Origin: Candidatus Bathyarchaeia archaeon
Lineage (GTDB): Archaea > Thermoproteota > Bathyarchaeia > 40CM-2-53-6
Length of the DNA stretch: 64,000 bases
Assembly (NCBI GenBank): GCA_049513715.1
Contig: JBEKVV010000001.1
Location: forward strand, 672,001-736,000
Direction: 5' to 3'
A model generated the notes under the pieces. It worked only from the letters and a program-made list of their open reading frames with translations. It did not search any database and was not told where the DNA came from. This document shows positions 18,959-29,322 of this stretch, one piece after another. Numbering within the stretch: position 1 is the first letter of the stretch; the number at the start of each line of letters is the position of its first letter. The position numbers and the translations under genes are program-made.

Positions 18959-19165
18959 GTGGGAAAGGTGTCGAAGGGCCAGCAGTGTAGTGTTGTGGGT
19001 TGCTCAGCAGCAGCAGTGCGCTCACTATCCCCGGAGAAAGTTGGCCATGCAGGGTTGAATGTTGGTAACGCTCGAAGGGCTTATCTGTGCAAGACGCACT
19101 ATCGCGAGTACAAGAAGCTCTCTCGCAAGGACCGTCAAATCGACAAATGGCGTTTTTCGACCTAG
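18959..19165 (+). CDS. Small basic zinc-finger protein
   Basis: CSVVGC...LCKTHY; sits directly upstream of thrS. Confidence 0.75.
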   Translation: MGKVSKGQQCSVVGCSAAAVRSLSPEKVGHAGLNVGNARRAYLCKTHYREYKKLSRKDRQIDKWRFST

Positions 19166-19194
19166 TAAATCGGAAACAATGAGTTGCCCAGTCA

Positions 19195-21042
19195 ATGAGA
19201 CTTCTCCTGTTACACTGTGAATACTTCGAGTACGCCGTACGTGCAGAAGCAATCAAGAACCCAGAACTCCCCGGGGGCGCCATCAAAGAGGGAAGGTTTG
19301 AGAATGTTCTAGTCGCATTTTGCACAGTGGAGAAAGATGACGACTCGAATCCGAAGGACGTGATTATCAGGGCCGCTGAATCAATCAGTGAGATTGCTCA
19401 GTCCGTCAAGTCTCAAAGTGTTCTCGTGTACCCGTATGCCCACTTGTCGAGCAGTCTGGCGTCCCGTGATGCTGGGATTGAGATCCTTACAGGCCTACAC
19501 GCAGCTCTGTCAGGTATGGGACTTCAGGTTCATCGAAGCCCATTCGGATACTACAAGAGCTTCAGCCTCCGTTGCTTGGGACACCCTCTCTCAGAACTTT
19601 CCCGTACGATTCGCCCTGAGGAAGCAAAGGCCAAAGCAGCTCCGGTCAAGACTTACTACAAGGTCCTAGGGCTCGACGGGAACCTCTACGACCCAGAAGA
19701 TTACGCGTTCAAGCCTGGCGAGGAGGAATTTCGAGTTCTTGTAGAAAAGGAGGCCTTGAAGAAGGGTTTGCCCGGCGGAGAGCCGCGTTACTTAGAGTAC
19801 TGCAGGAAATTTGGAATCGAGTGGGAGCCTCTTTCAGACCAAGGCCATATGCGTTACAGCCCTGAGGGAGTAATGCTATTCGACCTAATCAGCGAATACT
19901 CATGGACTGCAGTGAGTTCCGTCGGCCTACCGATCCTCCAAGTAAAGGGCACCAACATGTTCGACCTGGCCGTGCCAGCAGTTAAGGAACATGCCGAGTT
20001 GTTTGGTTCTAGGCTCTACCGAATTGACTTAGAAAACAAGAGTTTCGTGTTGCGTTATGCGGCATGTCACCAACAGTTCGCAGCGGTCAGGAATTGGTCA
20101 CTAAGTTACAGGCACCTGCCATTCGGAACCTTCGAAGTGGCCGACTCGTACCGTCTAGAGCAAAGCGGTGAACTCCTATTGGCCTTCCGAGTGCGTAAGT
20201 TGCACATGCCTGACTGCCACATCTACTGCAAATCCTTGGAGGAAGCAGAAGCAGTAACCTTACCTCTACATGATAGAATCTACGAAGAAATCGGCAAGCT
20301 CGGGAGAGACTACGTCTCTGTATACAACATCACTCAAAGTTTCCTCGAATCGAACAAAGAATATGTAATGAAACTGGTGAAGCGGGAGGGAAAGCCGGCG
20401 CTGCTGAACTTTGTTCCCGAAGGCATCTACTATTGGGTTCTGAACATCGAATATCACATCATCGACGAACTTGGGCGCCCACGCGAGATTGCTACCTTCC
20501 AAATCGACATCGGGAATGCGAAGCGCTTCGGGATTTCGTTTGTGGATGAGAAAGGCGAGAGGCAGTTCCCCCCGATAATTCACACCGCAGTGATAGGGTC
20601 AGTCGAACGATACCTATTCACGGTGCTGGACGGCTGTGCGAGAACGGAGAAGCATGGACAAAAACCAAACCTGCCTACTTGGCTATCACCAACCCAAGTG
20701 CGCATAATCCCTGTCAAACCCGAATTCATGGAATTCGCGGAGAAGCTCACTAGTGACTTGAGCGGGGCACTTGTGAGGACGGACATCGACGACAGAGATG
20801 AAAGCGTCGACAAACGAGTGCGTGAAGCGGAGATGAACTGGATACCTTTCGTAGTTGTGGTTGGAAGGAAGGAAGCGGGGACAAACATGCTGTCCGTCCG
20901 CCGCCGACGAGACGACAAACAGTATAACGTGACACTCGCAGAACTAGAGAAGGAGATCGCAGAATCAACGGAAGGATTTCCAAAAGTCCCCCTGCGGTTG
21001 CCGGTCAAGGTAAGCCAAAGGCCGGGATACAAGCAACTGTGA
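19195..21042 (+). CDS. thrS: Threonine--tRNA ligase, archaeal type
   Basis: MRLLLLH and VYPYAHLSS editing domain; LRYAAC, MPDCH, IIHTAVIGSVER. Confidence 0.97.
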   Translation: MRLLLLHCEYFEYAVRAEAIKNPELPGGAIKEGRFENVLVAFCTVEKDDDSNPKDVIIRAAESISEIAQSVKSQSVLVYPYAHLSSSLASRDAGIEILTGLHAALSGMGLQVHRSPFGYYKSFSLRCLGHPLSELSRTIRPEEAKAKAAPVKTYYKVLGLDGNLYDPEDYAFKPGEEEFRVLVEKEALKKGLPGGEPRYLEYCRKFGIEWEPLSDQGHMRYSPEGVMLFDLISEYSWTAVSSVGLPILQVKGTNMFDLAVPAVKEHAELFGSRLYRIDLENKSFVLRYAACHQQFAAVRNWSLSYRHLPFGTFEVADSYRLEQSGELLLAFRVRKLHMPDCHIYCKSLEEAEAVTLPLHDRIYEEIGKLGRDYVSVYNITQSFLESNKEYVMKLVKREGKPALLNFVPEGIYYWVLNIEYHIIDELGRPREIATFQIDIGNAKRFGISFVDEKGERQFPPIIHTAVIGSVERYLFTVLDGCARTEKHGQKPNLPTWLSPTQVRIIPVKPEFMEFAEKLTSDLSGALVRTDIDDRDESVDKRVREAEMNWIPFVVVVGRKEAGTNMLSVRRRRDDKQYNVTLAELEKEIAESTEGFPKVPLRLPVKVSQRPGYKQL

Positions 21043-21054
21043 CGAAGTATTCTC

Positions 21055-21069
21055 AAAAGCTTATATTAT
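21055..21069 (+). promoter_or_regulatory. Putative BRE/TATA promoter
   Basis: aaaagcTTATATtat about 40-45 nt upstream of ATG 21108. Confidence 0.5.
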
Positions 21070-21107
21070 CTGCACCTGCTACTTAGCGGTCGAGCTTGTG
21101 AAAAGCA

Positions 21108-21401
21108 ATGAGCAAGGATCAGGGATACGGATTTCTGATCTTCCTGATTTCAATCATTGTCGCAATTGCATACCTCTTTGCGTTCTTCGGCCCCTATTTC
21201 GGCTGGCTAGACATGAAGTGGAACCAGTGGGCGGTGGGAATTCCTGTACTGCTATTCGTACTTCTCGTTCTTGTGATCTCCGCATGGATAGGGTGGACAA
21301 TGCTAACCACTCCGCCCCCAGCTCCGTTAGAGTCGGAACCGCAGCCTTCACATGAAAGCCCGGGAGCGACTAGAACTAGGACTCGCAGACGCAAGAAGTA
21401 G
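21108..21401 (+). CDS. Small two-TM membrane protein
   Basis: Two TM helices, WIGWTMLTTPPPAP motif, basic tail. Confidence 0.75.
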   Translation: MSKDQGYGFLIFLISIIVAIAYLFAFFGPYFGWLDMKWNQWAVGIPVLLFVLLVLVISAWIGWTMLTTPPPAPLESEPQPSHESPGATRTRTRRRKK

Positions 21402-21442
21402 TTCTGTGCAGATCCTCTCGGAAATCCTACACCCAGATCTAG

Positions 21443-22192
21443 TTAGATGACGCTTTCTCGAGGGTAGACCTCAATTCCTTTCTCGGTGATCCTATATGGT
21501 CTTGGTTGACGGTCTATCTGTGTCTCGCGCATTTTTTCGACTTGGATTATTCGTTCCATAGTTCTGCCCTGCAATATCGTCGTCATCAATATCACGCCAT
21601 GAACCAAGTATTCCTCTATCTGCAGCGTTCTACCCTTGATTCCGACCCTGCTCAGTTCAGATGAGAGAACGCAAGTAGCTCCGGTTTCGGACAGGGCTTC
21701 AACCATATCCAAGAGGGCTTTCCGCCTTTGACTTTCATCTGTATACTGGAAGAGCAGCAATGAAATCGGATCTACGACGATTCGCTGTGCATCGATGGCC
21801 TTCGCATTTGTCCGAACGACCTCGAGGAGGCTTATCAATGAGAAATCTTGCCTACCGATTGTCACCTGGCCCACCCTAACCTCCCCTGGGATTGTGCGTA
21901 TCGGGGAAGCATCAACGAAACCGAACTTCCCCGCCTTCTCAGCACCTTCTAGGTCCCACTCAAAGGCGTTCATTTCACGAGTGTAGTGAGCTTTGCTCTC
22001 TTCAAGGCTAACAAAGAGGGCGTTCTCCCCGAACTTGTTTATCCCATTAGCTAGATACTGAGAACATAGGATTGTCTTCCCAGCACCTGGTTCACCTAAA
22101 ACCAACAAGACGCGTCCTTGTGGGAATCCCCCACCCAATATTTCGTCGAGACCAGCGATGCCCGTAGGAGTTCTCGCGATGGTTTTCTTCAT
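21443..22192 (-). CDS. KaiC-like RecA-superfamily ATPase (single domain)
   Basis: TGIAGLDEILGGG, GEPGAGKT, RIVVD, VEKMR. Confidence 0.9.
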   Translation of the reverse strand: MKKTIARTPTGIAGLDEILGGGFPQGRVLLVLGEPGAGKTILCSQYLANGINKFGENALFVSLEESKAHYTREMNAFEWDLEGAEKAGKFGFVDASPIRTIPGEVRVGQVTIGRQDFSLISLLEVVRTNAKAIDAQRIVVDPISLLLFQYTDESQRRKALLDMVEALSETGATCVLSSELSRVGIKGRTLQIEEYLVHGVILMTTILQGRTMERIIQVEKMRETQIDRQPRPYRITEKGIEVYPRESVI

Positions 22193-22375
22193 TTTGAACC
22201 CAAGCTCCTACTAAGAGGGGTTGAATAAATCACTTAGGTGTGAGAAATACAGCGTTCTGCTAAGTTACAGTCGGATGAAATTGATAATTCACTGATTCAA
22301 CTCAACCAATACACAGCGGCCTCCATGACGTTTAGCGAACGACGGACGTACTGGATTTGCAGAATGTGATACACA

Positions 22376-23185
22376 ATGGTCAATGAGTTTCGAAATGCAC
22401 CGATCGAAGAACACTCTATTCGCAGTAGACTCGCAACAAGAGAACTCGGGCGACGATTACTGATTTTGGAGAATTGTGCGTCAACGAATGATGTGGCTGC
22501 CGAATGCGCTTCGCATGATGTTGTTCACGGGTTCACCGTAGTTTCTGAAGTTCAGACTAAGGGCAGGGGTCGTTTTGGAAGAGAATGGACTTCACCTTAC
22601 GGTGGGATCTGGATGACTGTTGTATTGCGAACCAGTTCCAATGATTCGTTAGCCACTCTTCCTATGCTGGGCGCGCTTGCCATTGTGCTGGCCCTACGGT
22701 CGCGAGGTGTGATGGCGCTTGTGAGATGGCCGAATGACGTCATGGTCTATGGAAAGAAACTGGCTGGTGTGATGGTCGAGACCAAATTTGAAGGAAACGT
22801 CCTCACCTATGCGTTGCTCGGCTTAGGTATTAACGCAAATTTCCACTCGACCGAGTTGCAGGGGCTTGCCACGAAATCAACCACGTTACTAGAACTATTG
22901 GGGTCGCCCGTTGATCGAAATTCAGTGATTCGTGACATTTTGGTTTCTATTGAGCAACTATGTGATGACGTGTTCTCTGGTTTGGACGAAAGAGTACTGG
23001 AGTTACTATGCAAGAATGAGTGCTCACTCGGCAGAGAGGTCATAGTCGGAATGTCCGATTCCAGGGTTAAGGGGCTTGTTCAGCGTTACGAGAGCCTAAC
23101 GAAAGTGGTAATTGCCACGGTTGATCAAAAATGCAGATCTATCGAGACCGGCTCCGTCGTCTCCGTCGAGTACGTCGACGACTAA
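22376..23185 (+). CDS. birA: Biotin--protein ligase (no HTH domain)
   Basis: STND, QTKGRGRFGREW, WPND, KKLAG, GLGIN. Confidence 0.93.
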   Translation: MVNEFRNAPIEEHSIRSRLATRELGRRLLILENCASTNDVAAECASHDVVHGFTVVSEVQTKGRGRFGREWTSPYGGIWMTVVLRTSSNDSLATLPMLGALAIVLALRSRGVMALVRWPNDVMVYGKKLAGVMVETKFEGNVLTYALLGLGINANFHSTELQGLATKSTTLLELLGSPVDRNSVIRDILVSIEQLCDDVFSGLDERVLELLCKNECSLGREVIVGMSDSRVKGLVQRYESLTKVVIATVDQKCRSIETGSVVSVEYVDD

Positions 23186-23801
23186 AGTAATAGAAAGCGA
23201 TGGAGGCAGCGACGGCTATGGCCAGGCCCGCTCCGATAGCGGCAATCGAATTCTGGCGTTCAGTAAATCGTATTGGGTAATGAACGATGGTGAAATTCCG
23301 GATAGCTAGAACGGCCGACCCGGGATTCTCAATCATCCAATCCCATCGCCAAGGTTGTTGCGTTCTTGGGAGAGTTGCATCAAATGTTTCGTTTACGCTC
23401 ACCCCACGCCTCTCGAAGAGTACACTCTCATTCAAGTTCCAGACCAACAGAACGTGCGCCGTTTCATTCGCACTGAACGAAACATGAAAATGCCAAAGGT
23501 CAGGCTCCTCCGGAGAGCTCCCGCCTACACCCCACGTCAGAACGAGGGAATGCCCTGGAATGGTAGTCGCCGGCGTAGCCCAGTTCTCTATTACAACTCC
23601 AGATTGACCTTCATTCCACAGCGTAGCCCCGCGGCCAATTAGGATCAGGCCCAACAATAGTATGGAGAGATTGACGTAACGCTTCTTGTCAGAGAATCCT
23701 ATTTTCCCTCGGCCCCGTCCTTTAGCTCGTCTCGTGGGCCTACGATGGCTTGAATGGTCAACAGTATCGTAGACCCTAGTCTTGTCTTTATTTTCAGACA
23801 T
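23139..23801 (-). CDS. Hypothetical membrane protein (likely start MSENK at 23801)
   Basis: Two TM helices and an Arg-rich tail; its 3' end overlaps birA. Confidence 0.6.
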   Translation of the reverse strand: MSENKDKTRVYDTVDHSSHRRPTRRAKGRGRGKIGFSDKKRYVNLSILLLGLILIGRGATLWNEGQSGVVIENWATPATTIPGHSLVLTWGVGGSSPEEPDLWHFHVSFSANETAHVLLVWNLNESVLFERRGVSVNETFDATLPRTQQPWRWDWMIENPGSAVLAIRNFTIVHYPIRFTERQNSIAAIGAGLAIAVAASIAFYYFSRRRTRRRRRSRSR

Positions 23802-23919
23802 GTGCGGCAGCCGTACCCGAGAGCCTTCATTCAGTGGGAAGTTGGCGATTTTGTGCCACACCCTAATAAGCAATAGTGCCGTTGAATACTTCCTTCACAG
23901 CCTCCGTGGTCGAGTCAAT

Positions 23920-25470
23920 TTGGATGAAACAGGCTCTACGTCAAAAGATAAGCTCAAACAACTCCGTGAGCTTCGCGAGAAATCAATGCTGGGTGGAGGA
24001 AAAGAACGCATTGATGCTCAGCATGCAAAAGGCAAGCTCACGGCGCGCGAAAGGCTTGACTTGCTTCTGGATTCTGGGAGCTTTGTGGAAATAGATCGAT
24101 TTGCTGTGTCTCAAGGCGGCGATAACCGTCGAGTTCTCGGTGACGGCGTTGTGACTGGGCATGGAACGGTCGATGGAAGACTGGTGTATGTATTTGCTCA
24201 CGACTTCACAGTATTCGGTGGCTCACTCGGCGAGACCTTCGCAATGAAGGTCTGCAAGATAATGGACCAAGCTCTGAAAGTTGGTGCCCCAATCATCGGC
24301 TTGAACGATTCAGGAGGAGCCAGAATCCAAGAAGGTGTGGTAAGTCTAGGGGGGTACGCTGAAATTTTCTACCGTAACGTATTAGCAAGCGGCGTAGTGC
24401 CGCAAATCTCCGCTATTATGGGGCCTTGCGCTGGGGGAGCCGTCTACTCTCCTGCTCTCACAGATTTCATAGTGATGGTAGACAAGACGAGTTACATGTT
24501 CATCACTGGCCCTGATGTCGTCAAATCAGTACTCAATGAGGATGTAACGTTCGAGAGTCTCGGAGGCGCAACGGTCCACAGCCAAGTATCCGGTGTGTCG
24601 CATTTCTTTGCACCAGACGAAAGCTCCGCCCTACAGCTCGTGAAAACAGTTCTATCATATTTACCACAAAACAACTTGGAAGACCCGCCTGTAGTCAGGA
24701 CTGGAGATGATCCGAATAGAATGGACCATGAGCTTGGGTCTATTGTCCCGGCAGATAGTGACCGCGCTTATGATGTAAGGGAAATCATAAACCGAGTAAT
24801 GGACGTGAGAAGTTTTCTTGAGGTTCAACAGCAATGGGCGCAAAACATAGTCATAGGCTTCGGTAGACTTGATGGGCGAAGCGTCGGGATAATAGCGAAC
24901 CAGCCCAAATTCTATGCAGGTGCGCTGGATAACTCATCATCAATCAAAGCTGCCCGCTTCATAAGGTTCTGTGACTCCTTCAACATACCGATCGTGACAT
25001 TCGTCGACGTCCCCGGTTTCCTTCCCGGCGCGGACCAAGAGCACTCAGGCATAATACGGAACGGATCCAAGCTCTTATACGCATACTGTGAAGCTACGGT
25101 CCCAAAGTTGACAGTGATTTTACGCAAAGCCTACGGCGGCGCTTATGATGTCCTTGGAAGCAAGCACATTCGAGCGGACTTCAATTTCGCTTGGCCAACG
25201 GCCGAGATAGCAGTGATGGGCCCTGAAGGGGCGACAAAAATCATTTACCGCAAGGAAATTGCCCAATCAAAAGACCCATCTATAATGCCAAAGCTTCTAG
25301 AGGAATATCGCGCAAAATTCGCCAACCCATACATCGCTGCGGGAAGAGGTTACATCGATGATGTAATTGAACCACAGGAAACGCGGCCAAGACTCATTCG
25401 TGCGCTTGAAGCTGCCTCTAATAAGCGCGAAATTCGGCCTCCTAGGAAGCACGGCAACCCTCCATTTTAA
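23920..25470 (+). CDS. pccB: Acyl-CoA (propionyl/acetyl-CoA) carboxylase, carboxyltransferase subunit
   Basis: [44 protein letters not shown]; likely TTG start at 23920. Confidence 0.93.
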   Translation: MDETGSTSKDKLKQLRELREKSMLGGGKERIDAQHAKGKLTARERLDLLLDSGSFVEIDRFAVSQGGDNRRVLGDGVVTGHGTVDGRLVYVFAHDFTVFGGSLGETFAMKVCKIMDQALKVGAPIIGLNDSGGARIQEGVVSLGGYAEIFYRNVLASGVVPQISAIMGPCAGGAVYSPALTDFIVMVDKTSYMFITGPDVVKSVLNEDVTFESLGGATVHSQVSGVSHFFAPDESSALQLVKTVLSYLPQNNLEDPPVVRTGDDPNRMDHELGSIVPADSDRAYDVREIINRVMDVRSFLEVQQQWAQNIVIGFGRLDGRSVGIIANQPKFYAGALDNSSSIKAARFIRFCDSFNIPIVTFVDVPGFLPGADQEHSGIIRNGSKLLYAYCEATVPKLTVILRKAYGGAYDVLGSKHIRADFNFAWPTAEIAVMGPEGATKIIYRKEIAQSKDPSIMPKLLEEYRAKFANPYIAAGRGYIDDVIEPQETRPRLIRALEAASNKREIRPPRKHGNPPF

Positions 25471-25478
25471 CGCAGCAT

Positions 25479-25873
25479 GTGTGGAAGGGATTCGACTTGA
25501 GTTGGCGAAATGGATCAGAAACGATGGTTGGTCACACAGGCTTTCTACTCTGCATTGTGGCCGCGGCCATGGCGATCATACTTGCGTACGTGCACAAGAG
25601 TGACAGCGCGGTTCTCACACTCACACTGTTCGCACTATCTCTTACGGTCTTCCTGGTAGCCGCTGAGCAGTTTTCGAAGCCTTGGATTTTGAGGATTTCA
25701 AACGAGATTCACGCGCGACCAAACTGTACAACTTAGGAGTGATTCTCATGCTTTGGGGGATGGCTATGTTGATGCTTCTATTCCAATACTTTCCCCCCGC
25801 AGTTGTTCTGTTTCTATTCTCGTCTTATTGGATTCGTGAAATTCTAAGAACTGTGAGGACGTCATCCAAGTGA
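25479..25873 (+). pseudogene. Small membrane protein apparently split over two frames (25479-25736 and 25682-25873)
   Basis: Two overlapping hydrophobic ORFs that join by one frame change near 25677. Confidence 0.4.
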
Positions 25874-25934
25874 CCCAACTTTGCTCACTGCTAGCCAATG
25901 ATGCCCAGTCAGCCAGTGGTAGGTCTCGCAGTCT

Positions 25935-27443
25935 ATGACGAAACTTCTAATTGCGAATAGATCTGAAATTGCGCTGAGAATAATCAGAACATGCCGCAAG
26001 CTGGGAATTCAAACGGTCATGGTTTACTCGGAGCCCGACCGGGAATCCATGCCTCTTTGGTACGCTGATGAAAGATACGCGTTGGGAGGAGCAACACCCG
26101 CCGAGAGCTATTTGAACATACCAAAGCTTGTACAAGCAGCACTTGAAACTGGATGCGATGCTATCCACCCTGGCTACGGCTTCCTTTCAGAGGACGCTGC
26201 TTTCGTGAAGGCCTGCGAAGAAAACAACCTAATCTTCATCGGGCCTTCAAGTTCTTCTCTCGAAAAACTCGGCAACAAGCTGCTAGCGAGGAAAACGATG
26301 AAGGAAGCTGGCGTCCCGCTAATCCCCGGCTCAGATGAACCCCTACAAGATGATGATGAAGCACTCAGTATGTCTCGCAAGATCGGTTACCCCGTAATTA
26401 TCAAAGCCGTTTACGGTGGCGGTGGCCGCGGAATGAGAATCGCTCAGACGGACGAAGATGTCAGAAGGTACTTCAGTATTACTCGTATGGAATCACGTTC
26501 CGCCTTCGGGCGGGCCGAAATCTATGTCGAGAAGCGATTGGAGCATCCGAGGCACGTAGAAATACAGGCCATTGCAGACAAGAACGGAAAAGTCGTCAGC
26601 CTTGGTGAGAGGGAATGTAGCATTCAGCGCAGACATCAAAAACTTCTGGAGGAGGCTCCGTCGATGGCAGTCAAGCAGAACCTTCGAGTCGAGCTGGATG
26701 AAGCGGCAAAGAGGGGGCTTTCGGCAGCTGGTTACACGAATGCCGGTACCGTTGAATTCCTTCTTGACGCCGCGGGCGAATTTTACTTCCTAGAGGTCAA
26801 CAAGAGGCTCCAAGTTGAACACCTAGTGACCGAGCTTACTACCGGGATTGACATTGTCGAAGCACAACTTACTGTTGCCTTCGACTCAAAGTTGGACCTT
26901 TCACAGAATGAAGTGAAAGTGAATGGATGGGCAATCAACTGTAGAGTAAATGCCGAGGACCCACAGAGAGGATTCGTTCCATCTCCCGGAGCGGTTGTTC
27001 GGTACCATCCACCTTCGGGGCCTGGTGTAAGGGTAGATTCGGCTCTCTATTCAGGCTATGTGATTCCGGAGTATTACGATTCAATGGTAGCGAAGATTGC
27101 TACATGGGGTCGAAACCGCGAGGAAGCCATTCACAGAATGAGGTGCGCACTTGACGAAACTGAGATTGTAGGTGTCCCGACCACTGTGCCACTCCACAGC
27201 GCCCTTATGCAAGACCGTCAGTTTCTTGAAGGTAGGTTCGACACAACATACCTCGACGAATTCTTACCGCGCTTGAACGAGAGATTGATGCTTTTGGAAA
27301 AACTCGCTGCCGCAGCAGCCGGAGCGACGAAGCTTCTGAGACCAACTGTGACACGACCGAACATGACCATAACAGAACAGTCAAGGTGGCGTGCATGTGC
27401 AAGAACGCAGTTCATGGACTCGGAAAGAGGGATCAGATGGTGA
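25935..27443 (+). CDS. accC: Biotin carboxylase subunit
   Basis: LIANRSEIA, HPGYGFLSE, GGGGRG, ECSIQRRHQK, RLQVEH. Confidence 0.95.
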   Translation: MTKLLIANRSEIALRIIRTCRKLGIQTVMVYSEPDRESMPLWYADERYALGGATPAESYLNIPKLVQAALETGCDAIHPGYGFLSEDAAFVKACEENNLIFIGPSSSSLEKLGNKLLARKTMKEAGVPLIPGSDEPLQDDDEALSMSRKIGYPVIIKAVYGGGGRGMRIAQTDEDVRRYFSITRMESRSAFGRAEIYVEKRLEHPRHVEIQAIADKNGKVVSLGERECSIQRRHQKLLEEAPSMAVKQNLRVELDEAAKRGLSAAGYTNAGTVEFLLDAAGEFYFLEVNKRLQVEHLVTELTTGIDIVEAQLTVAFDSKLDLSQNEVKVNGWAINCRVNAEDPQRGFVPSPGAVVRYHPPSGPGVRVDSALYSGYVIPEYYDSMVAKIATWGRNREEAIHRMRCALDETEIVGVPTTVPLHSALMQDRQFLEGRFDTTYLDEFLPRLNERLMLLEKLAAAAAGATKLLRPTVTRPNMTITEQSRWRACARTQFMDSERGIRW

Positions 27444-27955
27444 CGCTGAAGAACTATCGGGTACAGGTGAATGGACGCGACTACAGGATGTCGGTGGAGC
27501 TAGAGGGTCAAAGCAGGTTTCGGGCAACCCTTGACGGGGAAACATTCGAGGGCGAAACGATTGCTATGGGCGACATTCTGACATGGGTGGTGCGGTTCGG
27601 CAAAGAACAAATACGTGTAATGTGTAGGCCGCTGCAGAACGATCAGGTCGATGTCTGGCTCTCAGGAACGCTATTTCAGGCTTCAGTTCAGCCGCTGGGA
27701 AACTACATCTTGCCTGAGCCGAAGGCCCGCGGTCCGTCGGGTGTTAGTGTTATTAACGCTCTCATGCCGGGGCGCGTTACAAGTGTATTCGTTAAGGAAA
27801 ACGACGCCGTTGAGTTGGGGACGCCACTGCTGTTACTAGAGGCGATGAAAATGCAAAACGAAATCACGTCGCCCAAGAAGGGGCGTGTCAGGTCGGTTCG
27901 GGTTCAAGAAGGAGCCACGGTCAAGAAAGATGCTGTGCTAGTGGAAATTGCCTGA
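27437..27955 (+). CDS. accB: Biotin carboxyl carrier protein
   Basis: EAMKM biotinylation motif; ATG 27437 overlaps the accC stop. Confidence 0.93.
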   Translation: MVTLKNYRVQVNGRDYRMSVELEGQSRFRATLDGETFEGETIAMGDILTWVVRFGKEQIRVMCRPLQNDQVDVWLSGTLFQASVQPLGNYILPEPKARGPSGVSVINALMPGRVTSVFVKENDAVELGTPLLLLEAMKMQNEITSPKKGRVRSVRVQEGATVKKDAVLVEIA

Positions 27956-28190
27956 AGCGCGCGCAGCAATAGAGAGCAGGAAAGCAAAATCCTTACGGGG
28001 TGGACGTGGAGCGCTCTAACACCCTTCCTGACCAGACTCGTTTTGAGTTCGCAACCCAATTTTTGTCCCGCCTCCTCGTACGTTGAGGCCTTGCTCTCAG
28101 ACGGGGTCGAGGAGTTCAAAGTAGCGTGGGTCGAAGACTGGTTTCGTTTGGAATTCAACCGAGCTTTGTTATTGCCTCTTGTTTTCAGGA

Positions 28191-29321
28191 TCAGTTTGCC
28201 TGTCTTGCCATCTCAGCGCCCTTGGCGACATTGCATAGCTTCGCGTAGGCGATGTTCCATTTGCGCGTTCTGAGTCCGCAATCCGGATTGACATAGATTC
28301 TTGTTGCGTCTTCCAGGACCTTGACGGCGCACTCGATTCTTTTTTCAATCGTTTGGGGGCTTTCTATTGTGTCAACATGCACATCTGCCACGCCCAACCC
28401 AATTTCACGCTTGTCGCCATACTCGTTCAACAGGTCGAGTTCCTTGTAAGCCTGTCCGCTACCGTCCTCGTCGCGGTTGGCAAATTCGAGCGCCAATTGG
28501 CTGCAGTTCTTCAAATCAAGAATGTGTGGGTAGAGAAGTCTATAGTCACTATAGCATATATGAACACTCAATTTGCAGTTGATTCCTGCAGTGCTAGCGT
28601 TGAATGCTTCAACGAAGAATGGTACTTCAGAGGGTTTGGTTGTGAGAGCGGGTTCATCGATCTGAATGAACTCTGCGCCGGCATCAGTTAATGCTTGGAG
28701 GTTTGGCCGTATTACTTCGCGGGCTATGTCTAGGACAAATTCGCGCTTTGCATCGAGCTTTAGTTTTCTGGGGTCGGAGTACCGGGGCGATAAACGTTTC
28801 TGGTAGAATTCGTTGAAGGACCATTCTGCTAGCGTATAGGGTCCCGTAACAGGAACTTTGATTTTGCGCCGGGCGTGTTGTTTAACGTAAATGAATTCCT
28901 TGAGGTGGTAGGGATTTCGGAACCCGACCCTCTGCGTGCACGCGGCTTTTCTGTAGTATTTGTTGTCAAATGATCTTACGTGCCCACGGAACTCAAAGCC
29001 TGCTGTGTTCCTTATAGCATGCTCGTACATCTCGACTCGGTTGGTTTCCCCATCGTAGACATAGTCTAGACCTGCTGATTCGAGATACCGAATCGCGAAT
29101 AGTGAGGCTAGGTCTCTAATCTCCTTCTCCGCCTCTGGGGTCTTCGGGTGGGAGAGAATTGTCCGGGCCTCAGATTCAGCCTCGAATCCTGAGACTTTGG
29201 ACCATTCTGACAAATGCTCTAGGTCTGCTGGCTCGAGTTGTCTCCCGCGTAGGTATGCAATTAGCCATGGAGCCTTGGGCAAGCTTCCGATTTCTTGGAC
29301 GGAGAAGAGTTTTTCTCCCAA
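28191..29321 (-). CDS. metE: Cobalamin-independent methionine synthase, catalytic (C-terminal) half
   Basis: TGPYTL, IQIDEP, Zn ligands HICY, E and NPDCGL. Confidence 0.9.
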   Translation of the reverse strand: MGEKLFSVQEIGSLPKAPWLIAYLRGRQLEPADLEHLSEWSKVSGFEAESEARTILSHPKTPEAEKEIRDLASLFAIRYLESAGLDYVYDGETNRVEMYEHAIRNTAGFEFRGHVRSFDNKYYRKAACTQRVGFRNPYHLKEFIYVKQHARRKIKVPVTGPYTLAEWSFNEFYQKRLSPRYSDPRKLKLDAKREFVLDIAREVIRPNLQALTDAGAEFIQIDEPALTTKPSEVPFFVEAFNASTAGINCKLSVHICYSDYRLLYPHILDLKNCSQLALEFANRDEDGSGQAYKELDLLNEYGDKREIGLGVADVHVDTIESPQTIEKRIECAVKVLEDATRIYVNPDCGLRTRKWNIAYAKLCNVAKGAEMARQAN

Positions 29322-29322
29322 G

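Noticed and set aside
21443..22192. Circadian clock kaiC
   Set aside because: Single-domain KaiC-like ATPases are common in archaea, and no kaiA or kaiB is present
27904..28273. Short ORFs between accB and metE
   Set aside because: They overlap neighbouring genes and show no motif or clear start signal
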